Positions 30,547-39,896 are shown, counted from the first letter of the stretch. The stretch: DNA of 50,389 bases from an uncultured Candidatus Saccharibacteria bacterium (GCA_964530555.1 CAZHBD010000003.1:1-50389), one strand, 5' to 3'. The notes: generated by a model from the sequence alone, not told the origin. Program-made: numbers and translations.

Positions 30547-31902
30547 TTAACTAAAAGGTGTGCTGTGCTTTGTATCTATACTACGGAACCGTTGCTTCTC
30601 GCGGTCAAAGTACAATTCGACTGCTCCGGTAGGTCCGTTACGATGCTTCTTGATGAAAATGTCGGTTATATTTTTTCGTTCGGATTCCGGATTGTAGTAA
30701 TCCTCACGGTAAATAAAAGCCACGACGTCAGCATCTTGTTCAATAGAACCCGACTCACGAAGGTCCTGTAGCTGTGGAATTTGCGGGCTGCGACTTTCTA
30801 CAGAACGGCTAAGCTGACTAAGGGCAATGAGTGGCACGTTTAATTCGCGGGCGATACCTTTTAGCCCCCGCGATATTTCAGAAATTTCTTGTACCCGATT
30901 GCCATCACCCCCAAACCGAGCGCCACCACTCATCAGCTGCAAGTAGTCAACGATAATTAAGCCCAATGGATGTGTGTGGGCTTCGCGACGGGCTTTGGTC
31001 CGCAGGTCGCTGACGGTAATGCCAGGGGTGTCATCAATATAGATCTTCGCTTCGCTTAGGCTGCCCATGGCGTGGCCAATTTTTTCAAAATCGGCGTCGG
31101 TCAGGTTGCCGGTACGAAGTGCCCAGGCATCAACCCCCGACTCCATGGCCAACATGCGGTCAACAAGCTGCTCTTTGCTCATTTCCAGACTAAATATCAG
31201 CACTGGTACCTGCGCTTGCAGTGCAATATTATGTGCAAGATTTAGCGATAGCGCCGTTTTACCCATTGAAGGTCGTGCCGCGAGGATGAACAAATCGGAC
31301 TTTTGTAGGCCTGCTAGAATATTGTCCAAATCTTTAAAACCCGTTGGGACACCACGGATCTTGCCTTTATCTTTGTGTAGTTCATCCAGTCGATCGAAAC
31401 TTTCACTTAGAATGGTCTCTAGGCTACTGATATCTTGCTTGATATGTTTTTGGCTGACTTCAAATAGCTTGCTTTCTGCGAGTTCAATGAGATTTTGCAG
31501 AGCTTCTTCCTCGTGGTATCCGAGCTCGACGATTTCCTGACTGGCCTTAATGAGCCGACGTCGCAAAGACTTTTGGGAAATTATGTCAGCATATTGCTCG
31601 GCGTGGGCAGCCGTGGGCACAAAATTTGTCAGTTGCGTGAGATAGGTGGCACCGCCAACGAATTCAATGAAGCCAGTTGCTTTTAGTTGATCGGCCAAGG
31701 TCAATACATCGATAGGCTGATGTTTCTCATATAACTGCACAATAGCTTCAAAGATGCGCTGATGTTTCGGGTCATAAAAATCCGCCGCTTGTACGATATC
31801 GGCAACTTTTACGATAGCTTCGCTATCTATAAGAATGGCTCCAAGCAAACTGGCTTCGGCGTCAGTATTTTGAGGTGGTATAATAGCCTTTTTTGGTTCC
31901 AA
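30547..31902 (-). CDS. dnaB: replicative DNA helicase DnaB
   Basis: PPQNTDAEASLLGAILID at the N-terminus, Walker A ARPSMGKTALSLN, IIVDYLQLM and ALSQLSR. Confidence 0.96.
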   Translation of the reverse strand: MEPKKAIIPPQNTDAEASLLGAILIDSEAIVKVADIVQAADFYDPKHQRIFEAIVQLYEKHQPIDVLTLADQLKATGFIEFVGGATYLTQLTNFVPTAAHAEQYADIISQKSLRRRLIKASQEIVELGYHEEEALQNLIELAESKLFEVSQKHIKQDISSLETILSESFDRLDELHKDKGKIRGVPTGFKDLDNILAGLQKSDLFILAARPSMGKTALSLNLAHNIALQAQVPVLIFSLEMSKEQLVDRMLAMESGVDAWALRTGNLTDADFEKIGHAMGSLSEAKIYIDDTPGITVSDLRTKARREAHTHPLGLIIVDYLQLMSGGARFGGDGNRVQEISEISRGLKGIARELNVPLIALSQLSRSVESRSPQIPQLQDLRESGSIEQDADVVAFIYREDYYNPESERKNITDIFIKKHRNGPTGAVELYFDREKQRFRSIDTKHSTPFS

Positions 31903-31916
31903 ATTGCTCCCCTGTC

Positions 31917-33422
31917 TCAGGATTCTAACACTTCTGCACCACCAAAAATATTGCTTACGTTATCAAGTGCCGCAGTATCTTTCGTAGCGGGCTTTGCGAC
32001 TTTTGCGCCAGGAACTTTGGTTTGCAGTGCACACTCCAGGACGACCACTACGCCGAACAACTCTTGAATAATGCCTGTTACAATTGCTCGCTTGGCACTG
32101 TCTTTGAGTTGTTTTTCATGGAAAGCAAAGCGGAACGTCAAGGTCAGGGTGTCGGCATTGGGCATGTTCGCTTGGGCCATGCGTAATATGCCATAGAGCG
32201 TATTGTGGTTTTTCTTGATTGCCGCCAGAACGGCTGGCCAATCGTTGACACTAAAACTACCACCTGTTGCCGAGCTCGTAGAAGCTTTGGGAATTTCGGT
32301 TGGTTGTTTTGTCGAGGGCTCGGGTTTCTGATGTATCTTGTCAGATGTTTTGACGTGCGTTTCAGCCCGTTTTTCTTGATTGCCGCCTGCGTTGGATGTC
32401 AAGCTTGCTTGCACGGGCTGGGCCGCTAGAAGCTGTGGCGTACGTGCTGACTGGGGTTGTGTGTTCTTGGTCGACCCACTGGCGACTAAGGCGGCATCAA
32501 TGAGGCAGAGTTCGAGCCATTGATCTGGTGACGGGCTGCTAGGCACGGTCACGAGCTGTTTCATAAGCTCAATATTTGCAGAACCGTTCTGGATGAGCTG
32601 TTCACGCAACGCTGCGTTCAGTTGTTGTGCCACCTTGCTGCCAGAGATGCCCTGGTCACGTGCTTCGCTTAACGATTGCAGAACGCTTGGTACGCTACCT
32701 TGATCTATAGCTTGAAGTAGGTTGGTGACTAGAGCTGACGGTGCCAACCCGAGGAGTTGCTGTACATCGTCTCGGGTTACGTGGTCGGCAACGGTGTGTA
32801 CCTGGTCGAGCAGACTTATGCTGTCACGAAAGCTACCGCCACTATGCTCAGCTATGAGAGCGAGCGCATCGTTATCGATCTTAAGTTTTTCGGATTTTGC
32901 AATGCTTGTTAGATGCTCGACAAGCTGTTCGGTGTTAATAGGACGAAAAGCAAAATGCTGCGTTCGGCTGATAATCGTCTCGGGCAGTTTGTGTGCTTCA
33001 GTTGTAGCCAAAATGAAGATGGCATGTGCCGGTGGTTCTTCTAGCGTTTTCAGCAAAGCATTGAAGGCTTCGCGGGTAAGCATATGTACTTCGTCAATGA
33101 TGTACACCTTGTATTTTGCGCTGCTTGGCAGAATGTGTACTTTATCGCGCAGGTCTCTGACTTCGTCAATGCGCCGGTTGCTGGCGGCGTCAATTTCGAT
33201 AATGTCCAAATGAGCTTGTCCGTCGTATGGCAGACCATTCACTTCATGAGCTAAAATTCGAGCAACACTCGTTTTACCCACCCCTCGCGGTCCGGTAAGG
33301 AGGTAGGCGTGACTTATTTTACCGGATTTGAGAGCATTCTTGAGCGTTGTGGTAATATGCTCTTGTCCGACAATCTCATCGAGAGACTTCGAACGATACT
33401 TTCGATATAATGCCTGCCCCAT
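31917..33422 (-). CDS. dnaX: DNA polymerase III subunit gamma/tau
   Basis: ALYRKYRSKSLDEIVGQEH, GPRGVGKTS, IIDEVHML and SRTQHF. Start set at the ATG at 33422, with TATAAT 9 nt upstream. The 47-codon upstream extension was rejected. Confidence 0.92.
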   Translation of the reverse strand: MGQALYRKYRSKSLDEIVGQEHITTTLKNALKSGKISHAYLLTGPRGVGKTSVARILAHEVNGLPYDGQAHLDIIEIDAASNRRIDEVRDLRDKVHILPSSAKYKVYIIDEVHMLTREAFNALLKTLEEPPAHAIFILATTEAHKLPETIISRTQHFAFRPINTEQLVEHLTSIAKSEKLKIDNDALALIAEHSGGSFRDSISLLDQVHTVADHVTRDDVQQLLGLAPSALVTNLLQAIDQGSVPSVLQSLSEARDQGISGSKVAQQLNAALREQLIQNGSANIELMKQLVTVPSSPSPDQWLELCLIDAALVASGSTKNTQPQSARTPQLLAAQPVQASLTSNAGGNQEKRAETHVKTSDKIHQKPEPSTKQPTEIPKASTSSATGGSFSVNDWPAVLAAIKKNHNTLYGILRMAQANMPNADTLTLTFRFAFHEKQLKDSAKRAIVTGIIQELFGVVVVLECALQTKVPGAKVAKPATKDTAALDNVSNIFGGAEVLES

Positions 33423-33620
33423 AGGCTTACTATTATACTTGTTAAAGATAGAGAGTTTTAGGTAAAGTGTAGTAGTTTTTATTAAATCATCCAGAAAATC
33501 TGCATTTACTTCAGTTTTTGAGATGCATGTTCTGGGAAGACTAGCCAGAGAAATGGAGCACATTTCCCTGCACGATAGGAAACCCGTTCAAGGGTGTCCT
33601 ATGGGTAAGCGAAGCGAGGC

Positions 33621-34130
33621 CTACAGCGCTGCCTCGAGTGCTGCCCATTCGGCGTTGGCATCATCTTCAGGAATATTAACACTTACCTGATCGCCGGGCT
33701 TGGCCTTGAAGTATGTTACGCTAGCTAGTAATACACGGTACGATTTTGTACCAGCAGTTACGTAGTAGTGACCGTCTTTGAGCTCTAGCACACCAACTAC
33801 CTGTTTACGTGCAATGGGGCCGATTTGCTTATACATAAAGGTGCCATCATCAGCGATTGTAAGCTTCAAGATATCGCCCTGAACGAGCTTAGACTTACTA
33901 GCGTAGTTTGCCGGCACAGGATACGTCTTGCCGTCGCTACCAACCATGTTTTGGCCGTCAAAAACGCCCTCAATAATTTTGCCGAGGTTTTCATCCTTAA
34001 CGCTGGAGGTTACAATAGGATCATCGCCCACCAGGCTGACCAATAACTCCTTGGCGGCAGCCAAAGAAGTCTCAGCTTCCTGAATCAGGCTCCGCAATCT
34101 TTTTATCTGTTTTTCTGGCACATCAGCCAT
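33621..34130 (-). CDS. hypothetical protein (169 aa)
   Basis: GGGAG SD 6 nt before the ATG. Coiled N-terminus, then a beta-rich region (GKTYPVPANYASKSKLVQGDILKLTI). No assignable family. Confidence 0.65.
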   Translation of the reverse strand: MADVPEKQIKRLRSLIQEAETSLAAAKELLVSLVGDDPIVTSSVKDENLGKIIEGVFDGQNMVGSDGKTYPVPANYASKSKLVQGDILKLTIADDGTFMYKQIGPIARKQVVGVLELKDGHYYVTAGTKSYRVLLASVTYFKAKPGDQVSVNIPEDDANAEWAALEAAL

Positions 34131-34312
34131 TTATGCTCCCATATCTCCAAGTGTTTGTTTGGTACACTTCTTACGTAAACGTACCATGAATAGTTTTTTG
34201 TGTCAAAATAGCAATTCGAAACCTGTGGATAAATGACGAGTGTGTAGCCAGAGCAAGTAGATTATGTCGCCTACCCAATTAGCTTTTTTTAAGCGTGCTA
34301 AGATTAGACCAT

Positions 34313-34915
34313 ATGTTGGATTCAAAAAGCACGCCTCCCATCAATCCTGAGACCAGTCGGGAACGTATTAACATACGATGTGGGGACTTCGGTTTCCATT
34401 TTACGCGTGATGAACAAATCCCCAGTCTGTTGCAGCACGGACTATTGTCTCGTACCGAGGAGACTAACAGAGGCCTATCGGTAAGAGGCAAAGCTTCACG
34501 CGCTCCAGGTACATACATATATTTCACCACCGAACCGGAAGACCTATACCTAGTTCCAAAATTCGATGGGCCAAATGATCAATATGGTGATTCGGAACAG
34601 AGTCAATTATCTCACGCGGTGGCAGTTGTGGTTGATCGTCCGGACTTTGTTGATAGAAGCGGCCACTTTGCTATAGAGCACGTCGTGGAACCCAGCGACT
34701 TTAGGGCCTTAATATTTATCGACCTAATGGCAGCAGGCGGTCGTGGGAATATGGCAAATCCTGGGCGGCCAACTCATGAATTTGATAGTCCAATTGATCC
34801 AGTTCAAGTTGCACAGCATGTAGATCTGTTACGAGCCGACTGCCATGCAGCTGGTATTGATATACCGATTTGCGGCGTGTCAGGACAAGTGTATTATCAG
34901 CCAGGTACTTCTTAG
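34313..34915 (+). CDS. hypothetical protein (200 aa); weak N-terminal resemblance to the ADP-ribosyltransferase fold (DarT/Tpt1-like)
   Basis: TGcTAAGAT lies 8 nt before the ATG at 34313. The segment FHFTRDEQIPSLLQHGLLSR..GTYIYFT resembles the H-x-T / GLLS / aromatic-strand pattern of DarT and KptA. This is motif-level evidence only. Confidence 0.5.
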   Translation: MLDSKSTPPINPETSRERINIRCGDFGFHFTRDEQIPSLLQHGLLSRTEETNRGLSVRGKASRAPGTYIYFTTEPEDLYLVPKFDGPNDQYGDSEQSQLSHAVAVVVDRPDFVDRSGHFAIEHVVEPSDFRALIFIDLMAAGGRGNMANPGRPTHEFDSPIDPVQVAQHVDLLRADCHAAGIDIPICGVSGQVYYQPGTS

Positions 34916-34917
34916 TT

Positions 34918-36168
34918 TCATCCTAGCTGGTTGAGACCGCGTAAGTAGAGAGTCAACGCCATATCAAGGCGGACTTTTCGTAGCCAGTCTGTATATTCAC
35001 GTAAGTTATCAGGATTGCGAGGGTTGACCGGAACTTGCGTATAACTTCCGTGGGCATCTTTTATGACTTTGTCTATATCTGGGGACCAGGTTTGATTAAT
35101 AAGTCGAGCAAAAGTAGGGCTACGTCCGAGTATAGCTTCAGTAAACTTTATTAACTCGACACTACGGGACTGATCTGCCCACTGTATCTTACCCTCATCG
35201 TCGAGCCCCCACACCGGTCGAGGAAGATTTATTGTAATGTCTCTAGGCGGGGAGCCATTATCTGAACGTTTTTCGGCTGCTAAATCAATAGTTACAAAAG
35301 ATACAGCATTGGTCCCTAGCCATTTGAATAAGTCAGGGTGTGTGGAGCGTAGAAGCTCAGGGATGGACTCGCCCAGTTCGTCCGGGGCACCTAGAAGCCG
35401 TTTAACATTAATAAAGTGATCTAATACTTCATCTCCTGTAACAAGTAATGGGTAAAGCCCTACTTCACGAGAAGCCTCCGCCAGTAATGCTGCCTCAGCT
35501 TCGTCACGGTCTGCAATAATTAGATGCATATCTGGGTTTGTAAATTCACCAAAAGATTGATGAGTACCGAGATAGTGTCTTCGTTGCTGCTCTAGAACTT
35601 TAGCTCGAAATTCATCTCGTTCTGTTTGTCGTCGCCGAGTAAAGTCTGCAACTGATTCGTCTGCTGGAATTGGTTCTTGGTTTAACATGGCAAGTAAATC
35701 GGCTGTTTCAATATTCGGCGGCATTGTTTGCAAAGGGTCGTCGCTGTCTAGTTTCATATCTATATGTGAGGGTGCAAACCCATATCGGTTATCGCCAATG
35801 GACACATTGATGAAGCCGGTTGAAGTTGCAAATGGATTGGCCACACTGACCCCGTGTCGGGGTTTACCTTTTTCGTCTAGCTCAACTACATCAGCAAATA
35901 GGCCAGATTTTGCTGAATCTTGATTGCGACGCAAAGCATAGTTGATAAGTAGGCCGCTATCCGGGTTAAAAATATAAAGAGGCCGTTCGGGGGCCATATC
36001 GCCACGGGCCTCAAGCATAGCTACAGTCCCCAAGTGGCTATCAATCATTCTATCCATACTGCGCTCGGGGCCCCCAATTTGCGCCTCAATCAAACCGCCA
36101 GCTTTCATCTGTTCAAGCTGTGCTGATACATCTTTCGGGATGGGCAAATTATTGTTAGGTTCAGTCAT
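34918..36168 (-). CDS. hypothetical protein (416 aa)
   Basis: Long uninterrupted ORF with ordinary amino-acid composition. No signal peptide, no TM helix and no recognisable motif. Confidence 0.6.
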   Translation of the reverse strand: MTEPNNNLPIPKDVSAQLEQMKAGGLIEAQIGGPERSMDRMIDSHLGTVAMLEARGDMAPERPLYIFNPDSGLLINYALRRNQDSAKSGLFADVVELDEKGKPRHGVSVANPFATSTGFINVSIGDNRYGFAPSHIDMKLDSDDPLQTMPPNIETADLLAMLNQEPIPADESVADFTRRRQTERDEFRAKVLEQQRRHYLGTHQSFGEFTNPDMHLIIADRDEAEAALLAEASREVGLYPLLVTGDEVLDHFINVKRLLGAPDELGESIPELLRSTHPDLFKWLGTNAVSFVTIDLAAEKRSDNGSPPRDITINLPRPVWGLDDEGKIQWADQSRSVELIKFTEAILGRSPTFARLINQTWSPDIDKVIKDAHGSYTQVPVNPRNPDNLREYTDWLRKVRLDMALTLYLRGLNQLG

Positions 36169-36394
36169 AGAAGGTTATTTTAATATCTTTTCCTACATCT
36201 GTCTACTGTTGCGTAGTCTTTGTATCCAAAGACCTCTTCAGTTGCCCGAGAAGCACTCAGCGTGGTTCGCAAGATATACTGTGCTAATTGGATTTAGCAC
36301 ATGGCTATAGGTATTTGAAAGCTGCTAAGGCTCTCTACAGCTATCCGTACATTATTAACATTAGTCGGATTTCAATTAGTAAGTTGTATAATTT

Positions 36395-36880
36395 ATGCAT
36401 ATGCGGAATAAAAAAACTTATAAAAATAGCCACATAATTCGTAACTTGATAATGACTCCATTCATATTATTTTGCGGCCTGGGGATCATATTGGTTATTA
36501 CAGGTACTTACAACCTTCCTGTAAGTAAAAAATTTGAGAAGAATAGACAATCAACCGTCGCACATATTGTAGATAGGCAAATTGATTACTATGGTAAGTA
36601 TCAAAAGATACCATCATACTCGCTCATTTATGAATTCACCCCACGCGAATCAGCTAACTCCTACAAAGGAGATATTGAGGTTGAATATAGTGATTACTTG
36701 ACCGTCCCAAACGATACAAAAGTGGTTGTATACTATGACTCTACGAACCCCAGAAATAATTATGATGTTGGGACTGAAATTTCAGTTAACGGAAATTATT
36801 TTGCTATTAAGTTAGGCGTAACACTTCTAATATTATCTGTCTTGGCGCTACTAGCATTAGCGCGAGACATAAAATCATAA
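36395..36880 (+). CDS. small two-TM membrane protein (DUF3592-like architecture)
   Basis: TM helix, then a beta-rich domain of about 95 aa, then a TM helix. The gene is about 35% GC, well below its neighbours. An alternative leaderless ATG lies at 36401, 8 nt after TATAAT (36387-36392). Confidence 0.55.
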   Translation: MHMRNKKTYKNSHIIRNLIMTPFILFCGLGIILVITGTYNLPVSKKFEKNRQSTVAHIVDRQIDYYGKYQKIPSYSLIYEFTPRESANSYKGDIEVEYSDYLTVPNDTKVVVYYDSTNPRNNYDVGTEISVNGNYFAIKLGVTLLILSVLALLALARDIKS

Positions 36881-37091
36881 GAATCAAGAGGCCTACGGCT
36901 ATCTATGATAATGATGGTCTAGACTAGATTCTGTGACAACATCAATGAGAAGTCTGAAGCAATATACTTATATTGAAAACATTGCGACTCAGCCGCACTC
37001 TAGCCTTAGATTTGTAAGTACAAAAATATATGCTCATTGATGAGATATAAGTATCGATACAGCTATATTTACTGAGTATTATAAACATCAT

Positions 37092-37124
37092 AAAACAAAA
37101 GACCGCCCATACGGGCGGTCTTTT
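37092..37124 (-). terminator. rho-independent terminator of rplJ-rplL
   Basis: The minus strand reads AAAAGACCGCCCgtatGGGCGGTCTTTTGTTTT, about 20 nt after the rplL stop. Confidence 0.85.
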
Positions 37125-37144
37125 GTGATCGTACAGCGCGTATA

Positions 37145-37525
37145 TTACGCGAGTTCAACAGTAGCACCAGCATCTTCCAATGCTTTCTTGGCGTTGTCGG
37201 CGTCTTCTTTCTTAGCTTTTTCAAGCACAGTCTTTGGCGCGCCGTCTACGAGCGCTTTTGCTTCACCAAGACCAAGACCAGTTAGGTCTTTAACAGCCTT
37301 GATAACGGCTACTTTTTGAGCGCCTGCGTCCTTAAGGACAACATCGTATTCGCTCTTTGCTTCTTCTGCTGGAGTAGCTTCGCCGCCAGCAGCAGGACCG
37401 GCAACAGCAACTGCGGCAGCAGCTGGCTCAATCCCGTATTCATCCTTAAGGATGGTTTTTAGTTCGTTGACTTCCAAAACAGTCAATTTGGTAAGTTCTT
37501 CTGCTAATTTTTTAACATCAGCCAT
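37145..37525 (-). CDS. rplL: 50S ribosomal protein L7/L12
   Basis: [22 protein letters not shown].. then an Ala/Gly hinge, then [24 protein letters not shown]. Confidence 0.95.
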   Translation of the reverse strand: MADVKKLAEELTKLTVLEVNELKTILKDEYGIEPAAAAVAVAGPAAGGEATPAEEAKSEYDVVLKDAGAQKVAVIKAVKDLTGLGLGEAKALVDGAPKTVLEKAKKEDADNAKKALEDAGATVELA

Positions 37526-37673
37526 AAAATTTTTCGCTTCGCCTTTGAGGAACACCTACGGTTTCCCTCAACGCGCCGGCAAAATGATGTGACATTTTGT
37601 CGGGCTGCTCTCTTCCCTTTTGAGGAAGGAGCAAAACGAAACTCTCCTTTCTTTAACTAATTAATTCTTAACC

Positions 37674-38198
37674 TTACGCGGCTGCCTTATCGGCAACGCC
37701 ATCTAGTAATGCATGCAAATTGCCCGACAAACCATTGGTAATGTCATTGACGGGCGAAAGTAGTGTAGCCACTACCTGAGCAATGAGTTGCGTCTTGCTT
37801 GGCAGGGTTGCCAGGGCGCTAACTTCGTCGCTGCTTAAGAACTTGCCTTCTGGGCTAATGGCGCCAACAAATGTTAGTTGCGGGTTAGTCTTGGCAAATT
37901 CAGCGAGCGCTTTAGCGGGCGCAACTTCATCCTCGGTGTTAAAAGCGTACAGTAACTGACCCTTAAGTGCGCTGGTGTCAACGTCTTTGAGGCCTTCGTT
38001 TTTCTCGATTGCTTTAATCACTAAGCGGTTTTTAACTACTTTTACCGTGGTTTGATCGGCTCGAGCATCGCGGCGGAGTTGCTGCAAAGCCTTAACGGTC
38101 GTTCCCTGGTAAGCGGCAACAACAGTTAGCTTTGAGTCACCCAAAAGGGCGGCCATTTCGTCAATAAGTTGTTGCTTCTTCTCTTTAGTAAGAGCCAT
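37674..38198 (-). CDS. rplJ: 50S ribosomal protein L10
   Basis: 174 aa. KEKKQQLIDEMAALL..TVVAAYQGTTVKALQQLR. Upstream of rplL. Confidence 0.93.
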   Translation of the reverse strand: MALTKEKKQQLIDEMAALLGDSKLTVVAAYQGTTVKALQQLRRDARADQTTVKVVKNRLVIKAIEKNEGLKDVDTSALKGQLLYAFNTEDEVAPAKALAEFAKTNPQLTFVGAISPEGKFLSSDEVSALATLPSKTQLIAQVVATLLSPVNDITNGLSGNLHALLDGVADKAAA

Positions 38199-38378
38199 AG
38201 TAGTACATCCTTTTGATTCTTTAGGTTCGCTGTTTCGACCTTCAGATCGAATTGATCCGACAGCTTCGTTACCTAAAACTAAAAAAGTCTTTGGAAAAAC
38301 GCCAAAGACTTAGAGAGTTTGTACCTCGGTAGCGAATTAAGGCTCTCACCAGCTACGGTCTTTGGTAACGATTGTTCT
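38199..38378 (-). promoter_or_regulatory. rplJ (L10) leader with terminator/antiterminator alternative
   Basis: The minus-strand leader contains CCAAAGAC (38365-38358) and the terminator AAGTCTTTGG-cgttttt-CCAAAGACTT followed by TTTTAGTTTT (38311-38272). The upstream CCAAAGAC copy can pair with the terminator's 5' arm. Confidence 0.55.
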
Positions 38379-38407
38379 AGTTTACCCCTGATGGGTCAAA
38401 ACGTCAA
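38379..38407 (-). promoter_or_regulatory. sigma70-type promoter for rplJ-rplL
   Basis: TTGACG (38407-38402), a 17-nt spacer, then TAAACT (38384-38379), immediately after the ilvA stop. Confidence 0.45.
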
Positions 38408-38408
38408 G

Positions 38409-39896
38409 CTATAAAAATAATCGGGCTGCTTTGGACCTAGCTGGTGTAAATTCCGTTCCTGCTTGCCTCAAAGCTTTTTCGAGCAAGCTGGGATTATCTG
38501 CTTCAAAGCCGATAAGAACCTTCCCAACGTCTGCACCCTGGCCACGGTAGTGAAATAAGCTGATATTCCACCTGGTGCCGATAGCCTGTAAGAAGTCGTT
38601 GAGTGCTCCGGGGCGTTCGGGGAAGTTCACCTCATAGAGCGATTCATTATTGCCAGCCGGTGCAGGGCCGCCAATCATATGTCGAACATGTTCTTTAGCG
38701 ATTTCATCTTCTGAAAAGTCATCGAATACATATCGTTTGTCCCGAAGGCTTGCCACGAATGTAACCTTGTCTTCCGGATTACTAAAAGTGATGCCTACCA
38801 GTATAACTGCATCGTTTCGATCGTTAAGTCGGTAACTAAATTCGCTGATGCTAAAACCATTAACTATATCCTGGCAAAAGCGTCGCAAGGCACCGGGTTT
38901 CTCTGGCAAGTGAACAGCAAACATTGCCTCCTTACCGCTTCCGAGTAGCGTGCGTTCTGCAATAAACTGCAAGCGCTCAAAGGTCATATTAGCGCCTGAG
39001 CAAATAGCGACAGCGACAGCATCGGTTGGTAGTTTGTAAGACTGTAAACCGGCAACACTTACAGCTCCCGCTGGTTCGACGATGCTGCGGGTATCTTCAA
39101 AGACCGCTTTAATGGCAGCGCACGTTTGGTCAATGTCAACGGTTATAACTTCGTCGACATATTTTTTTGCTAACGTAAAAGTGTTTTTACCGACCTGTTT
39201 TACGGCAACTCCATCGGCAAAAATACCGACATGGGGCAAGACAATGCGCTTATTGGCTTTAAGTGATTTTTGCATAGCGTTACTATCTTCAGGCTCAACA
39301 CCGATTACCTTTACATCAGGGCGAAGTGCTTTGATGTATTGTGCGATCCCTGTCAACAATCCACCCCCACCAACGGATATGAAGATGTGTGTTACGTCAG
39401 GTTGCTGCTCAAGTATTTCTCTGCCGATTGTTCCCTGGCCGGCAATTACGAGAGGATCGTCGAATGGATGAATAAAAGTGCGACCAGTTTCTTTGACGAG
39501 CTTCATGCAGTATTCGTAGGCGTCACTGTAGCTGTCTCCATGTAATACGACCGTAGCCCCATAGCTTTTTACGGCTTCAATTTTTATCGCCGGTGTGGTT
39601 TTGGGCATGACAATCAATGCTGAAAGTCCAAGTTTTTGCGCGCTTAAGGCTACGCCTTGAGCATGATTACCCGCGCTGGCGGCTATAACTCCGCGGGCCT
39701 TTTCAGCTTTTGATAATTGGGCAATTTTGTTGTAGGCGCCACGCAGTTTAAAGGAATGAACCGGTTGCAGGTCTTCGCGCTTGAGATAAACTTTGCGCCC
39801 CATAGCTGCCGATAATCGAGGTGCAAAATCCACAGGCGTCTCGATTGCAACATCGTACACTCGAGCAAGCAGCGTTTGTTTGACGGCTTCGTTCAC
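38409..39896 (-). CDS. ilvA: biosynthetic threonine ammonia-lyase (threonine dehydratase) with two C-terminal ACT-like regulatory repeats
   Basis: PLP lysine motif HSFKLRGA, GNHAQG and a GGGGL loop. The 495-aa length is typical of the regulated biosynthetic form. Confidence 0.93.
   Translation of the reverse strand: MNEAVKQTLLARVYDVAIETPVDFAPRLSAAMGRKVYLKREDLQPVHSFKLRGAYNKIAQLSKAEKARGVIAASAGNHAQGVALSAQKLGLSALIVMPKTTPAIKIEAVKSYGATVVLHGDSYSDAYEYCMKLVKETGRTFIHPFDDPLVIAGQGTIGREILEQQPDVTHIFISVGGGGLLTGIAQYIKALRPDVKVIGVEPEDSNAMQKSLKANKRIVLPHVGIFADGVAVKQVGKNTFTLAKKYVDEVITVDIDQTCAAIKAVFEDTRSIVEPAGAVSVAGLQSYKLPTDAVAVAICSGANMTFERLQFIAERTLLGSGKEAMFAVHLPEKPGALRRFCQDIVNGFSISEFSYRLNDRNDAVILVGITFSNPEDKVTFVASLRDKRYVFDDFSEDEIAKEHVRHMIGGPAPAGNNESLYEVNFPERPGALNDFLQAIGTRWNISLFHYRGQGADVGKVLIGFEADNPSLLEKALRQAGTEFTPARSKAARLFL

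Noticed and set aside
30547-31902. Inteins or self-splicing elements in dnaB, atpA, atpD or dnaX.
   Set aside because: All have normal lengths and uninterrupted conserved motifs.
31917-33422. Programmed -1 frameshift site in dnaX (A AAA AAG) producing gamma.
   Set aside because: I did not find the slippery heptamer on the coding strand.
33438-33620. Possible SRP (4.5S/scr) RNA upstream of dnaX, as in the Bacillus scr-dnaX-ybaB-recR arrangement. The segment has several small hairpins, for example ATAGGA..TCCTAT and GGAAATG..CATTTCT.
   Set aside because: I could not find the conserved domain IV signature (GGAA-type tetraloop flanked by the AGGUC / GGAAGCAGC motifs) on either strand. The hairpins are short and may simply be the 3' end of the 33621-34130 transcript. 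An Infernal scan would settle it.
37526-37673. 148-nt rplJ-rplL spacer with small hairpins (CTTCC..GGAAG, CAAAATG..CATTTTG, TTGAGG..CCTCAA).
   Set aside because: The stems are short (5-8 bp), and no known motif or alternative-pairing logic was recognised. It is probably just mRNA structure tuning L12 translation.
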